Positions 1 to 9,675 of a DNA stretch of 64,000 bases are shown here, piece after piece (the first letter of the stretch is position 1; every line of letters begins with the position of its first letter). The translations under genes and the position numbers were made by a program. The notes under the pieces were generated by a model. It worked only from the letters and a program-made list of their open reading frames with translations, ran no database searches and was not told the origin of the DNA. Source of the DNA: Alphaproteobacteria bacterium (lineage in GTDB: Bacteria; Pseudomonadota; Alphaproteobacteria; Bin95). The stretch covers positions 992,001 through 1,056,000 of the forward strand of contig CBDBGH010000003.1 in assembly GCA_965205265.1 (NCBI GenBank), read 5' to 3'.

Positions 1-887
1 TCGTGGTCGAGGTCCTGGCCCCAGGAAAGGATGCCGGCGGCAATGCGGCGCTGGTGGCCGGGCGCGATCACCATCAGCTTGTGCGCCTTGCCGGCTTCCA
101 GCACCGCCTCCCACATGGTATTGGCGTGCAGGGTCGCGTCGCGCAGATAGATTTCGTAGCCCTTTTCGCCCGAGAAGCCGGACTGCGAAATCACGACGGC
201 GCAGCCGCCCACCTCCGCCTCCATGATGCCGTAGAACGGAATCTCGCGGATCGCGGGCCCGACAAGGTCCGCCATCAGCGCTTCCGACTTCGGACCCTGA
301 ATCTGCACCGGGCAGACGTCGATTTCGTCGATCTCGACATTCATACGCGCGCCGGTATTGACGCCCTGCAGCCAGAACAGGATGTCGCTGTCGGAAAGCG
401 AGAACCAGAATTCGTCCTCCGCCAGCCGCAGCAGCACCGGGTCGTTGAGGATGCCGCCCTTCTCGTTGCAAAGGATGACGTATTTGCCGTGCATCGGCTG
501 GATGCGGCTGGCATCGCGGGTGATGACATAGTTCACGAAGCGCTCGGCGTCCGGGCCTTTCACGCGGATCTGCCGCTCGACCGCGACATTCCACATGGTC
601 ACATGCTTCGTCAGCGCCTCGTATTCCACGGACGCGCCGCCGTCCTCCGGGCGCACATAGCCGCGCGGATGATAGACGCGGTTGTAGACCGTCGCCCGCC
701 AGCAGCCGGCCTCGTGGCTCAGATGCCAGTAGGGCGACTTGCGCACCCGGGTCGAGATCAACAGCTCCGTCTTCGTCGGCCCGCTCTGGCGCAGGTTGTA
801 GGGCACGACGCGGTCGGACTGGTCGACGCTTGTCGCCTGTTCCCTGCGATAGCGGGAATCGAGGCTCGGGGAAATGTCGAGGGGCAT
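1..887 (-). CDS. GcvT/DmdA-like aminomethyltransferase (THF-dependent demethylase family), runs off the window edge
   Basis: Not in the ORF track (no stop inside the window). Manual translation from ATG 887: MPLDISPS...LLISTRVRKSPYW...WNVAVERQIRVKGPDA...GGILNDPVLLRL...VQIQGPKS...SQSGFSGEKGYEIY, which are GcvT-fold motifs. Confidence 0.85.
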   Translation of the reverse strand, partial: MPLDISPSLDSRYRREQATSVDQSDRVVPYNLRQSGPTKTELLISTRVRKSPYWHLSHEAGCWRATVYNRVYHPRGYVRPEDGGASVEYEALTKHVTMWNVAVERQIRVKGPDAERFVNYVITRDASRIQPMHGKYVILCNEKGGILNDPVLLRLAEDEFWFSLSDSDILFWLQGVNTGARMNVEIDEIDVCPVQIQGPKSEALMADLVGPAIREIPFYGIMEAEVGGCAVVISQSGFSGEKGYEIYLRDATLHANTMWEAVLEAGKAHKLMVIAPGHQRRIAAGILSWGQDLDH

Positions 888-957
888 GGGCTTCGCGCCT
901 CCGCAGCAGGGACAGGAATCCCAGAATCGGCTCGGAGTCCGGGGCGGATGCGCCCGT

Positions 958-990
958 TCGCGACGATTTTCGCGGCATGTGCGACAGAAT
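958..990. promoter_or_regulatory. Putative AraC/GlxA-family operator
   Basis: GCGAC direct repeats at 960 and 981 (21-bp period) between the divergent GcvT-like gene and the GlxA-type regulator. Confidence 0.35.
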
Positions 991-1076
991 TTTGCTTCCG
1001 GAGCCCCGGAACCGATTGACAAGCCGGCAACACAGCGGCATTTGCAGCTTTAGCGTCATATTGCCGGAGTCGGCCC

Positions 1077-2102
1077 ATGGCTGGCGAGCAGGTATTCCGC
1101 GGGAGCGACGGCGCACCTGTCGAGGTGACGCTCCTGCCCATTCCGAACTTCTCCCTTTCGAGTTTCGCGGCGTTGGTCGAACCCCTTCGCCTTGCGAACT
1201 ACGTTGCGGAGCGTCCGCTCTACAGCTGGCGGGTCGTAACGCCGGAAGGCGCGCCGGTGCGCTCCAGTTGCGGCGTGGCGGTGGCGGCGGACGAGCCGGC
1301 CGAGCGCATCCGAAGACCGGAGAACATCGTTGTCTGCGGCGGCGTGGACGGCTGGGCCTATGAGGATCAGGCCGCGCTTGCGCTGTTGCGCCGCTGGGCG
1401 CGGGACGGCGCATATGTGGGCGCGGCATGCACCGGGGCCTATGTGCTGGCCCGGGCCGGCCTGTTGCGGGACCGGCGCTGCACCATCCACTGGGAGAGCC
1501 TCGACGGGTTCGCCGAACGGTTCCCGGATATCGACCTGCGCGCGGCGCTGTTCGAGATCGACCGCGACCGGTTCACCTGCACCGGCGGCGAGGCGGCGTG
1601 CGACATGGTCCTCCAGGACATCGCCTGGCGTCACGGCGGGGACATCATGGCGGCGGTGGCGGGACAGCTCCTGCATGACCGCGTGCGGAGCGGGCGCGAC
1701 GAACGCTACCTGCCGCACCAGGCGTGGCTGCGTACCAGCCATCCCGTGCTGGTCAAGGCGTTGACGGCCATGGCCGCGAATCGGGAAGAGCGCCTTTCCC
1801 TGGTCGAGATCGCCCGGGAGGCCAATGTTTCGCCGCGCCAGCTCGAGCGGCTGTTCCGGCGCTATCTCGATTCGACCCCGGCGCGCTGGTATCTGCGGAT
1901 GCGGCTGACGCGGGCGCGCCAGTTGCTGATCGAGACGCAAATGCCGGTGACCTGGATCGCGGTCGCCTGCGGTTTCGGCTCGACCTCGCATTTCTCCAAG
2001 AATTACCGCCAGTTCTTCGGCGTCTGCCCGCGCGAGGAACGCCGCCAGCGGCGGGCCGCGCGCGAATCCGCTGCCGCGCCGCCTGTGAGCCGCGCGGCAT
2101 AG
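1077..2102 (+). CDS. GlxA-family transcriptional regulator (DJ-1/PfpI-like domain plus AraC HTH)
   Basis: EPLRLAN, CTGAYVLARAGLL, TIHWE, SPRQLERLF, ACGFGSTSHFSKNYR. Confidence 0.92.
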   Translation: MAGEQVFRGSDGAPVEVTLLPIPNFSLSSFAALVEPLRLANYVAERPLYSWRVVTPEGAPVRSSCGVAVAADEPAERIRRPENIVVCGGVDGWAYEDQAALALLRRWARDGAYVGAACTGAYVLARAGLLRDRRCTIHWESLDGFAERFPDIDLRAALFEIDRDRFTCTGGEAACDMVLQDIAWRHGGDIMAAVAGQLLHDRVRSGRDERYLPHQAWLRTSHPVLVKALTAMAANREERLSLVEIAREANVSPRQLERLFRRYLDSTPARWYLRMRLTRARQLLIETQMPVTWIAVACGFGSTSHFSKNYRQFFGVCPREERRQRRAARESAAAPPVSRAA

Positions 2103-2232
2103 AACGCAGCTCGATCCTATCCGGGCTTCTTCCGCGCCGGTCGCTGCCGCTGCTCCGCTGTCCGTTACCCTGGGCCGGCGTGTCGGGCTATGCTCCGGTG
2201 AAACCGGCCCGCTATGGAGGACTGAAGAGCCC

Positions 2233-3120
2233 ATGCCTTACGCAACGACCGACGACGGGGTGCGCCTGTATTACGAGGAGGCCGGGTCGGGGACGCCGGT
2301 CGTCTTCGTGCATGAGTTCGCGGGCGACATGCGCTCCTGGGAGCCGCAGATGCGGCACTTTGCGCATCGTTACCGCGTGCTCGCCTATAATGCGCGCGGC
2401 TATCCGCCCTCCGAGGTGCCGGAAGACCCGGCCAAGTATAGCCAGACGCGCGCCGCGGACGACATCGCCGCCGTCATGGACGCCGTCGGCATCGACCGCG
2501 CGCATATCTGCGGGCTGTCCAAGGGCGGGTTCGCCACCTTGCATTTCGGTTTCCGCCATGCCGAGCGCGCGATCTCCCTTGTCGTGGCGGGCTGCGGTTA
2601 CGGGGCGGAGCCGGACAAGCGCGCGCAGTTCAAGGCCGAGGCCGAGGCGACGGCGGCGCTGATCGAGCGCGACGGCATGGAGGCGTTCGCCGACATCTAC
2701 GCGCAGGGGCCGACCCGGGTGCAGTTCGAAAACAAGGACCCGCGCGGCTGGCGCGAGTTCCGCGACCAGCTTGCCGAACATTCGCAGGCGGGGGCGGCCG
2801 CCACCATGCGCGGCCTCCAGGCTAAGCGGCCCTCGCTCTACGACCTGATGGACGAGATGGCGGCGCTCCGGGTGCCGACCCTGGTGCTGACCGGCGACGA
2901 GGACTGGCCCTGCCTGCTGCCGGGCGTGCTGATGAAACAGACCATCCCCTCGGCGGCGCTCTCGGTAATGGTCAATTGCGGGCACACCATCAATATCGAG
3001 GACCCGGACGAGTTCAACCGCATCTGCGGCGAGTTCTTCGCCCAGGTGGATGCCGGCCGCTGGCCGGAGCGCGACCCGCGCGCGGTGACGGGCTCGATCC
3101 TCGGCGTCGAGGCGAAGTAG
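2233..3120 (+). CDS. Alpha/beta hydrolase
   Basis: VFVHEFAG, YNARGYPPS, GLSKGG elbow, CGHTINIE; GGAGG RBS. Confidence 0.88.
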   Translation: MPYATTDDGVRLYYEEAGSGTPVVFVHEFAGDMRSWEPQMRHFAHRYRVLAYNARGYPPSEVPEDPAKYSQTRAADDIAAVMDAVGIDRAHICGLSKGGFATLHFGFRHAERAISLVVAGCGYGAEPDKRAQFKAEAEATAALIERDGMEAFADIYAQGPTRVQFENKDPRGWREFRDQLAEHSQAGAAATMRGLQAKRPSLYDLMDEMAALRVPTLVLTGDEDWPCLLPGVLMKQTIPSAALSVMVNCGHTINIEDPDEFNRICGEFFAQVDAGRWPERDPRAVTGSILGVEAK

Positions 3121-3127
3121 GCGACGG

Positions 3128-4189
3128 TCAGGCGGCGGCGGCTTCCAGGGCGTCGAGCGGGGCCGTCGGCCGCACATTTGCCGGAAGCCGGAGGCCGAGC
3201 GGGCGGCCCGTGGCCGGGTCGCGGCCGTGGCGGCTGAAGAAAGGCTCCGGCACGGCGCGCCCGTCCGGCACGGCCAGCCAGATCCGGTAGAGGTGGCGCT
3301 TCCGGCCCGGCAGTTCCTCATAGGCCGTGCGCGTGTGCAGGACCGCCAGATTGTCGATCCACTGGATGTCGCCCGGCTGGAAGTCCATGTCGAGGCGAAG
3401 GTCCGCTTCGGCGGCGGTCCGCTCCAGGAAGTCGAGGGCTTCCACCTGTCGGGGCGTCAGGTCCGGCGCGCCTTCGTGCCGCGTGCAGGAATCGATGAAG
3501 CGCCGCACGAGGTTGACCGTCATGCGCCCGTCGGCGGCCCGCATGAAGACCGGCATCTCGTACCAGGGAAGCTGGCCTTCCACCTCCTCGCCGCGCCGGT
3601 CGATCAGGAAGGGCTCGGCGAGCACCTGCGCAAGGTCCGGGCGGCGTTCGAGGATGCGGTTCCAGACCGCGCCGGCGCTGACGATGCTGGAGAGCCCGCC
3701 CGTTCGCGCCGGGACGAGGCAGAACAGCCCGACGATCTCCGCGCCGATATCGGTGTGGAACGGCAGTTCGGCCGAGGACTGGTAGCCGCGTTTGTTCGGC
3801 GCCCAGGCGTCGATGCCGAGGTCCTTCACATGGCCGAGCAGGTGCCCGAGCGGGTTCTGGCAGACGGGCATGCCGATGCGCGAGCCGATGGCCCAGAAGG
3901 CGCGCGCGGCCACTTCGCGCGGCCACTCGTCCACCGGCAGGCCGCGCATGAGCGCAAAGCCGCAGCCTTCGACCACGGCGTCGCGCATCTCCTTGAGGCG
4001 CGCATCGAGGCGGGGCAGAGGCAGGTCGGCGCGGCCGAGCCCGGTGAGCTCGCGGTCGAGCGCGGCGGTCGCCGCCGCTTCCAGTTCGGCGATCTCGCCG
4101 GCGTCGAGCGTCACGATCCAGTCGTCGCGCCGCATGAGCTCGCCGCCATGCCAGACCGACGGACCGATGATGGGTTCGAGCGCCGTCAT
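3128..4189 (-). CDS. TauD/TfdA-family Fe(II)/2-oxoglutarate dioxygenase
   Basis: LPFHTD (HxD), FQPGDIQWIDNLAVLHTR, RHLYRIWL. Confidence 0.88.
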   Translation of the reverse strand: MTALEPIIGPSVWHGGELMRRDDWIVTLDAGEIAELEAAATAALDRELTGLGRADLPLPRLDARLKEMRDAVVEGCGFALMRGLPVDEWPREVAARAFWAIGSRIGMPVCQNPLGHLLGHVKDLGIDAWAPNKRGYQSSAELPFHTDIGAEIVGLFCLVPARTGGLSSIVSAGAVWNRILERRPDLAQVLAEPFLIDRRGEEVEGQLPWYEMPVFMRAADGRMTVNLVRRFIDSCTRHEGAPDLTPRQVEALDFLERTAAEADLRLDMDFQPGDIQWIDNLAVLHTRTAYEELPGRKRHLYRIWLAVPDGRAVPEPFFSRHGRDPATGRPLGLRLPANVRPTAPLDALEAAAA

Positions 4190-4204
4190 GGGCCTTCCTC
4201 CCGC

Positions 4205-5476
4205 TTATGCGCCGGTTTGCGCGATGTCCCGGCGGCAGAATGCGCCCGGCCAGTCTATCGCATCGACGCCGCGATAGGCCAGCGCGCGCGCCTCGGCGCG
4301 GGTTGCGCCGGCGGCCGAGACGCCGAGCACCCGCCCGCCGGCCGCGAGTACCCGCCCGGCGTCGCCTGCCGCCGTGCCGGCATGGAAGACGGTCACGCCT
4401 TCCGGCATGCCGTCGAGGCCCGCGATTTCGCCGCCCCGGTCATACGGCCCCGGATAGCCCCGGTTCGCCATCACGACGCAGACCGACGCCTCCGCCGACC
4501 ATCGGAGATCGACATGGGAGAGATCGCCTTCGGCCGCCGCGACCAGCGCCGGCAGCAGGTCCGAGCGCAGGCGGAGCATCAGCGCCTGCGTTTCCGGGTC
4601 GCCGAAGCGGACATTGAATTCCAGCAGCTTCGGCTCGCCGTCCTCGATCATCAGCCCGGCGAACAGCACGCCGCGATAGGGCGTGCCGTCGGCCGCCATC
4701 TGCCGGACGGCCGGCAGGAAGATCTCGTTCTCGATCCTGGCCGCAAGCTCCGGCGCGACAGCTGGCGCGGGCGAGTGGCTGCCCATGCCGCCCGTATTGG
4801 GCCCGGTATCGCCCTCGCCCACGCGCTTGTAGTCCTGCGCCGTCTCCAGCATGAGCACGCGCTCGCCGTCGGCCAGCGCGAAGGCGCTCACTTCCTCGCC
4901 CCGCAGGCAGTCTTCAATGACAACCCTGGCGCCCGCCTCGCCGAAGGCGCGCTCGACCATGGCGGCGCTCACGGCGGCTTCGGCCTCTTCCACCGTCGCG
5001 GCGACGGTGACGCCCTTGCCGGCGGCGAGGCCGTCCGCCTTCACCACGACCGGCGCGCCGCGCTCCCGGATATGGGCCCGGGCGGCGCCGGCATCGTCGA
5101 ACACCGCAAAGCCGGCCGTGGGAATGCCGGCCCGGCGTGCGAGGTCCTTCATGAAGGCCTTGGAACTTTCCAGCCGCGCTGCCGCCCTGTCCGGCCCGAA
5201 TACCGCGATGCCGTCCTGCCGGAGGCGGTCCGCCAGCCCGGCCGCCAGCGGCGCTTCCGGCCCGACGACGACGAGGTCCATGCGCTCCTCCCGCGCAAGC
5301 GCCGCCAGGCTTTCGACATCCTCGGCGGCGACCGGCACGCAGTCGGCCTCGGCCGCGATCCCGGGATTGCCGGGCGCGCACCAGAGCCGCTCCACCAGCG
5401 GCGAGGCCGCAATCGTCCAGACGAGCGCATGCTCGCGCCCGCCGCCGCCCACCACCAGAACCCGCATGGCCTTCAC
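4205..5476 (-). CDS. purD: Phosphoribosylamine-glycine ligase
   Basis: VLVVGGGGREHAL, VVKADGLAAGKGV, GPNTGGMG, EFNVRFGDPE. Confidence 0.97.
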   Translation of the reverse strand: MKAMRVLVVGGGGREHALVWTIAASPLVERLWCAPGNPGIAAEADCVPVAAEDVESLAALAREERMDLVVVGPEAPLAAGLADRLRQDGIAVFGPDRAAARLESSKAFMKDLARRAGIPTAGFAVFDDAGAARAHIRERGAPVVVKADGLAAGKGVTVAATVEEAEAAVSAAMVERAFGEAGARVVIEDCLRGEEVSAFALADGERVLMLETAQDYKRVGEGDTGPNTGGMGSHSPAPAVAPELAARIENEIFLPAVRQMAADGTPYRGVLFAGLMIEDGEPKLLEFNVRFGDPETQALMLRLRSDLLPALVAAAEGDLSHVDLRWSAEASVCVVMANRGYPGPYDRGGEIAGLDGMPEGVTVFHAGTAAGDAGRVLAAGGRVLGVSAAGATRAEARALAYRGVDAIDWPGAFCRRDIAQTGA

Positions 5477-5508
5477 GCCCTCCCGATTCGCGTGTATCTC
5501 CGGCAGGT

Positions 5509-6960
5509 ATGACGCAAGCGCCGCCGCTTTCCAACATACCGGAATACACGGTCGGCGAGGTCTCGGCAGCCGTTCGCCGCAATCTGGAAGCCGGGTTCCC
5601 GCGCGTGCGGGTGCGCGGCGAGGTGTCGGGCTTCAAGCGCGCCGCCTCGGGCCACCTCTATTTCAACCTGAAGGACGACCGGGACGTGCTGAACGCCGTG
5701 TGCTGGCGCGGCGCGGCGGGGCGGCTCGGACTTCGCCCGGAAGACGGCATGGAAGTGGTCGCGACGGGCCGGGTGACGGCCTATGGCGCGCGCTCCGCCT
5801 ACCAGCTTGTCGTGGACGCGCTCGACCTTGCGGGCGAGGGGGCGCTGCTCAAGCTGCTGGAGGAGCGCCGGCGGCGCCTCGCCGAAGAGGGGCTGTTCGC
5901 GGAAGACCGCAAGCGGCCGATTCCCTTCCTGCCGGAGCGTATCGGCATCGCCACCTCGCTCGGCGGGGCGGTGCTGCACGATATCCTGCACCGGCTGCGC
6001 GAGCGTTTCCCGCGCCATGTGCTGGTCTGGCCCGTGCCGGTGCAGGGCGAGGGCGCGGCGGAGAGGATCGCCGAATCCGTGGACGGCATGGGCGCGCTGC
6101 CGCCGGAGATGCGCCCTGACGTGCTGATCGTGGCGCGGGGCGGCGGCTCCTTGGAGGACCTTTGGGCCTTCAACGAGGAAGCGGTCGTGCGCGCGACGGC
6201 CCGCTCCGCCATTCCGCTGATCTCGGCTGTCGGCCATGAAACCGATACGACGCTGATCGATTTCGCCGCCGACCTTCGCGCGCCAACGCCGACGGCTGCG
6301 GCGGAAATGGCGGTGCCCGTCCGCGCGGAACTCCTTGCCCGGACAGGCGGGCAGGGAGAACGGCTGCTGGCCGCCGGCGCGCGTCTCGTGCAGGAGCGCC
6401 GGGCGCAGATCGCGGGCCTCGCGCGGGGCCTGCCGGCGCCGACGGCGCTTCTGGAACAGGCGAGCCAGAGGCTGGACGACAGGGGCGAGCGCATGGAAGC
6501 GGGGCTCCGTGCCCGCGTGGCGCTGGCCGCGTCCCGGATCGCGGAACTCTCGGCGCGCTTCGGGCGGCCGCGCGCGCTGCTCGACGCCCAGCAGGAGCGG
6601 CTGGCGGCGCTGGGCGCATCCTTTGTCCGCGCCGGGCAACACAGGGTCGAGGTCGAGGCCCACCGGCTGGAGCGGCTCGATGCGGGGCGGCGTTTGCCTG
6701 CGGCCTGGCATCGGCTTGCCGAAAACGCCGCCGCCGGACTCAAGCGGGCCGGCGCGTTGCTTGAAAGCTCTTCCTACCGCCGCGTGCTTGAGCGCGGCTT
6801 CGCCCTGGTGCGGGACGAGAGCGGGCCCGTTGTGTCGGCGGCGGAGGCACGCAAGCGAGGGCGCGTCGAAATCGTCTTCGCCGACGGCGAGGCTGCGGCC
6901 CGAATCGTCGGGGAAGGCCAGGAGGGGCCCGCCAAACCGAAGCAGGGAACGCTCTTCTGA
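5509..6960 (+). CDS. xseA: Exodeoxyribonuclease VII large subunit
   Basis: SGHLYFNLKD, ARGGGSLEDLWAFNEE, SAVGHETD, APTPTAAAE. Confidence 0.97.
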   Translation: MTQAPPLSNIPEYTVGEVSAAVRRNLEAGFPRVRVRGEVSGFKRAASGHLYFNLKDDRDVLNAVCWRGAAGRLGLRPEDGMEVVATGRVTAYGARSAYQLVVDALDLAGEGALLKLLEERRRRLAEEGLFAEDRKRPIPFLPERIGIATSLGGAVLHDILHRLRERFPRHVLVWPVPVQGEGAAERIAESVDGMGALPPEMRPDVLIVARGGGSLEDLWAFNEEAVVRATARSAIPLISAVGHETDTTLIDFAADLRAPTPTAAAEMAVPVRAELLARTGGQGERLLAAGARLVQERRAQIAGLARGLPAPTALLEQASQRLDDRGERMEAGLRARVALAASRIAELSARFGRPRALLDAQQERLAALGASFVRAGQHRVEVEAHRLERLDAGRRLPAAWHRLAENAAAGLKRAGALLESSSYRRVLERGFALVRDESGPVVSAAEARKRGRVEIVFADGEAAARIVGEGQEGPAKPKQGTLF

Positions 6961-7188
6961 TACCGGCGGCGCGGGGTTGCGACCCACGAAGATGCCTCCC
7001 CGCCATCGCCCCGGACCTTGAACCCTACCGGATTCACGCATCTGCCAACGATCTCGGACTACGCGCTCTCATGCGTCGCCCCGAACCCCGATCCGGGGCC
7101 TTGTGCAGCCGGAGCTCCGCTGCACGGAGGCCCCGGCTCGCCCTGCGGGCGTCCGGGGCGACGATTGGGGCGCGGGGAGGGACTGCGG

Positions 7189-7640
7189 AATGTGTCATGG
7201 GATGTCATGTTTTCCATGCCGGGCGGTCATGCACTACAGCCGTTCCAGGCATAACGCTCTCGGTTCCGCCCCGGCTTCCGCCTGTTTCTCCGGGGTCTTC
7301 CATCTTCGGGTTCGGGGCATGGGTTTCTCCTTTTCGCTCCCGTTTCGTTCCATCCGCCTGCCGGCGGCGGGACCCTGATTCGCGCGTAATGCGCGCGGGT
7401 GCCCGCGCCCGCGGGCGCACGTTTCGCGCCGGCGCGATTCGCGCGCCTGATTGCCCGGGAGCGCCCCCGCGCGCGATCCGGACGCAGGGCGCACGTCTCC
7501 CGTTCGCTCTGAGGGGGTCTTTACGCGCCGACGCGGCAGCAGACGGCCTCCGGATGACGCCTGCTCGCGCCCTATATGGCTGAGAGCGGCTCTAATATCA
7601 AGTCCCTATACAGAATTATTTCAAAATTTTCGAACAATCC
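7189..7640 (-). other. Bipartite conserved non-coding element, copy A (candidate structured RNA or non-autonomous element)
   Basis: Shares exact blocks with 46560-47740 (GGGCGCACGTCTCCCGT, TTCGCGCGCCTGATTGC, CTTCCGCCTGT, GATGTCATGTT). Confidence 0.65.
7573..7601 (-). promoter_or_regulatory. Putative sigma70-type promoter of element copy A
   Basis: Minus strand TTGATA-N17-CATATA with an AT-rich upstream tract. Confidence 0.5.
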
Positions 7641-7713
7641 CGGTTTCATACCAGCAGTCGTTGACCGGAACCCATTCCGGCTTCGACGCCCGCCGCCCCG
7701 ATCGCCTCCATCC

Positions 7714-8141
7714 GTCATGCCCGGACTTGTTCCACGGCTGTCCAGTTTAGATTTGGGGGACAGAGCGCATGGCCTGGATTCAACCGGGTTTCGAGGGGTT
7801 CGGCGAGATCGGGACCCGGATCGACGCCCGGCGGCCCGGCCCTGTTCCCGTCATACCCGGACTTGTTCCGGGTATCCATACGGCCGCCTGGCAGAGCCGC
7901 TTGAGAGAGATACCCGGAACAAGTCCGGGTATGACGAAAGAGCCTGCCCTGAACCTGTCGAAGGGGGGCGTTCGGGCATGACGGACAGGAGGCCGACCGG
8001 GGACGCCGCGCGCTCCCAAAATCCCGTTCGGCTCCCCCTCAATGTCTGAACCGGACACCAGTGGAACAAGTCCGGGTATCCATGCGGCCGCCCCGGGGAG
8101 AAGCGGTGGAGGGAGATGCCCGGAACAAGTCCGGGCATGAC
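7714..8141. repeat. Nested REP-like palindrome cluster with an inserted IR-bounded segment (7734-8062)
   Basis: GTCATRCCCGGACTTGTTCCGGG...CCCGGAACAAGTCCGGGYATGAC units; complete copy at 7850-7935; GCCTGCCCTGAACCTGTCGAAGGG at 7942-7965. Confidence 0.85.
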
Positions 8142-8291
8142 GAGAAGAAGACATGAGTCCGAAGTCGAGGCCACTGGTATCACACTCTGGCGCGCCTGTT
8201 CCCGCCCCCGGGCGGGGACGTGGAGACCGATGCAGCCGGGGCGGCCGTCGGCCCCGGCTCCGGTCAACGATGGTCGGTACGGGCCGGCCCG

Positions 8292-8918
8292 TCAGGTCAG
8301 CGGAACGCCCGAGACGTGCTCCGCGAAGGCCGGGCGCCCGCCCAGCCGCGCCAGCCAGGCGTCGCAATGGGGCAGGTCGGCCCGTTCGATGCCGGGTATG
8401 CGCACATAGCGGCAGTAGAACGCGCCGACGGGAATGTCGCCCATGGTGAAGCCTGCGCCCGCCACGAAATCGCGCCCGTCCAGATGGGCATCGAGAATGC
8501 CCCAGACGGATTGAAGGGCGGCGGCGGCGCGGCCGATCGCATCCATGTCCCGCTCGGCTTCCGGCGTGCGGACCATGCCCCAGAACACGGGCGTCATATG
8601 CGGTTGCAGGGAAGCGGTCGCCCAGTCCATCCAGCGGTCGGCGAGGCTGCGCTCCGCCGGGCCTTCCGGCCAGAGGCCTCCGACGCCGTGGAGGGCGCCC
8701 AGATAGCGGACGATGGCATGGCTTTCCCAGATGACCGTGTCGCCATCGACCAGCACCGGCACAAGACCGTTCGGGTTCATGGCGCGGTATTCCGGCGTGT
8801 CATTGCCGCCGAACGGCCCGCCGACATCCAGCCGCTCACAGGCGACGCCGACCTCGCCGACCGCCCACATCGCCTTCTGCACATTGATCGAGTTGTTGCG
8901 TCCGTGAACCGTAATCAT
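8292..8918 (-). CDS. Glutathione S-transferase family protein
   Basis: GRNNSINVQK, MNPNGLVPVL, IWESHAIVRYL, FTMGDI. Confidence 0.93.
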   Translation of the reverse strand: MITVHGRNNSINVQKAMWAVGEVGVACERLDVGGPFGGNDTPEYRAMNPNGLVPVLVDGDTVIWESHAIVRYLGALHGVGGLWPEGPAERSLADRWMDWATASLQPHMTPVFWGMVRTPEAERDMDAIGRAAAALQSVWGILDAHLDGRDFVAGAGFTMGDIPVGAFYCRYVRIPGIERADLPHCDAWLARLGGRPAFAEHVSGVPLT

Positions 8919-9577
8919 CGCAGCGATTCCCCGTCGTTCGATGTCGGGCCCAGCGCGTCCCAGCGCTCGCCCCAGCGGTCGAGATAGACGATCTCCTCGA
9001 GCGGCCCGCGCCCGACCGGGCCGAAATTGCCCATCGGCCAGCCGATCGGCAGGATGGCGTAGGAATGAACCCCGGGCGGCAGGCCGAGCGCGCGCTCGCT
9101 CTCTTCCTCGAAGAAGAGATGGCGCGTGGTAAGCGTGGAGCCGAGGCCGAGCCCGCGCGCCGCCAGCAGCATGTTCTGCACGGCCGGGTAGATCGAGGCG
9201 CCCGACATGCGCGTCGGCGCTTCGCCTTCCTCCAGGCAGGCCACGATCCAGACCGGCGCTTCGTCGAAATGCTCCGTCAGATATTCCACCGCATCGTGCT
9301 GGCGGTGATATTTCTCCGCCGAGCTGCCGGGCGGCGGCGCGCTCGTCTTGTAGCGCGGCCCTATGATCTCGTCGAAGGCGCGCTTGTAGTGCACCTTCAC
9401 CGCCTTCTTGATCTCGCGGTCCTTGACGACCAGGAACCGCCAGCGCTGGAAATTGCCGCCATTGGCCGCCGACGCACCGGCCTCCAGGATCTTGCGGATC
9501 AGCTCGTCCGGCACCGGGTCCGGCTTCAGCCGGCGCATGGCGCGGGTGCCGTGGAGAATTTCGAAGAGTTCGGGCAT
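8915..9577 (-). CDS. Nitroreductase family protein
   Basis: TRAMRRLKPDPV, ANGGNFQRWRFLVV, ASIYPAVQNMLLAARGLGLG. Confidence 0.92.
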   Translation of the reverse strand: MPELFEILHGTRAMRRLKPDPVPDELIRKILEAGASAANGGNFQRWRFLVVKDREIKKAVKVHYKRAFDEIIGPRYKTSAPPPGSSAEKYHRQHDAVEYLTEHFDEAPVWIVACLEEGEAPTRMSGASIYPAVQNMLLAARGLGLGSTLTTRHLFFEEESERALGLPPGVHSYAILPIGWPMGNFGPVGRGPLEEIVYLDRWGERWDALGPTSNDGESLR

Positions 9578-9675
9578 GGCGTCGTGGGGCCTCCGTCCGT
9601 GTTTCGGGATGCGACAGGTGCGGAAGGGCTATGGATAGAGGCTTTCCGCTGCGGACGGAAGCCGACGGCTGCCCG

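Noticed and set aside
1-887. dmdA or gcvT gene symbol
   Set aside because: The family is clear but orthology cannot be established without phylogeny, and the gene is truncated by the window.
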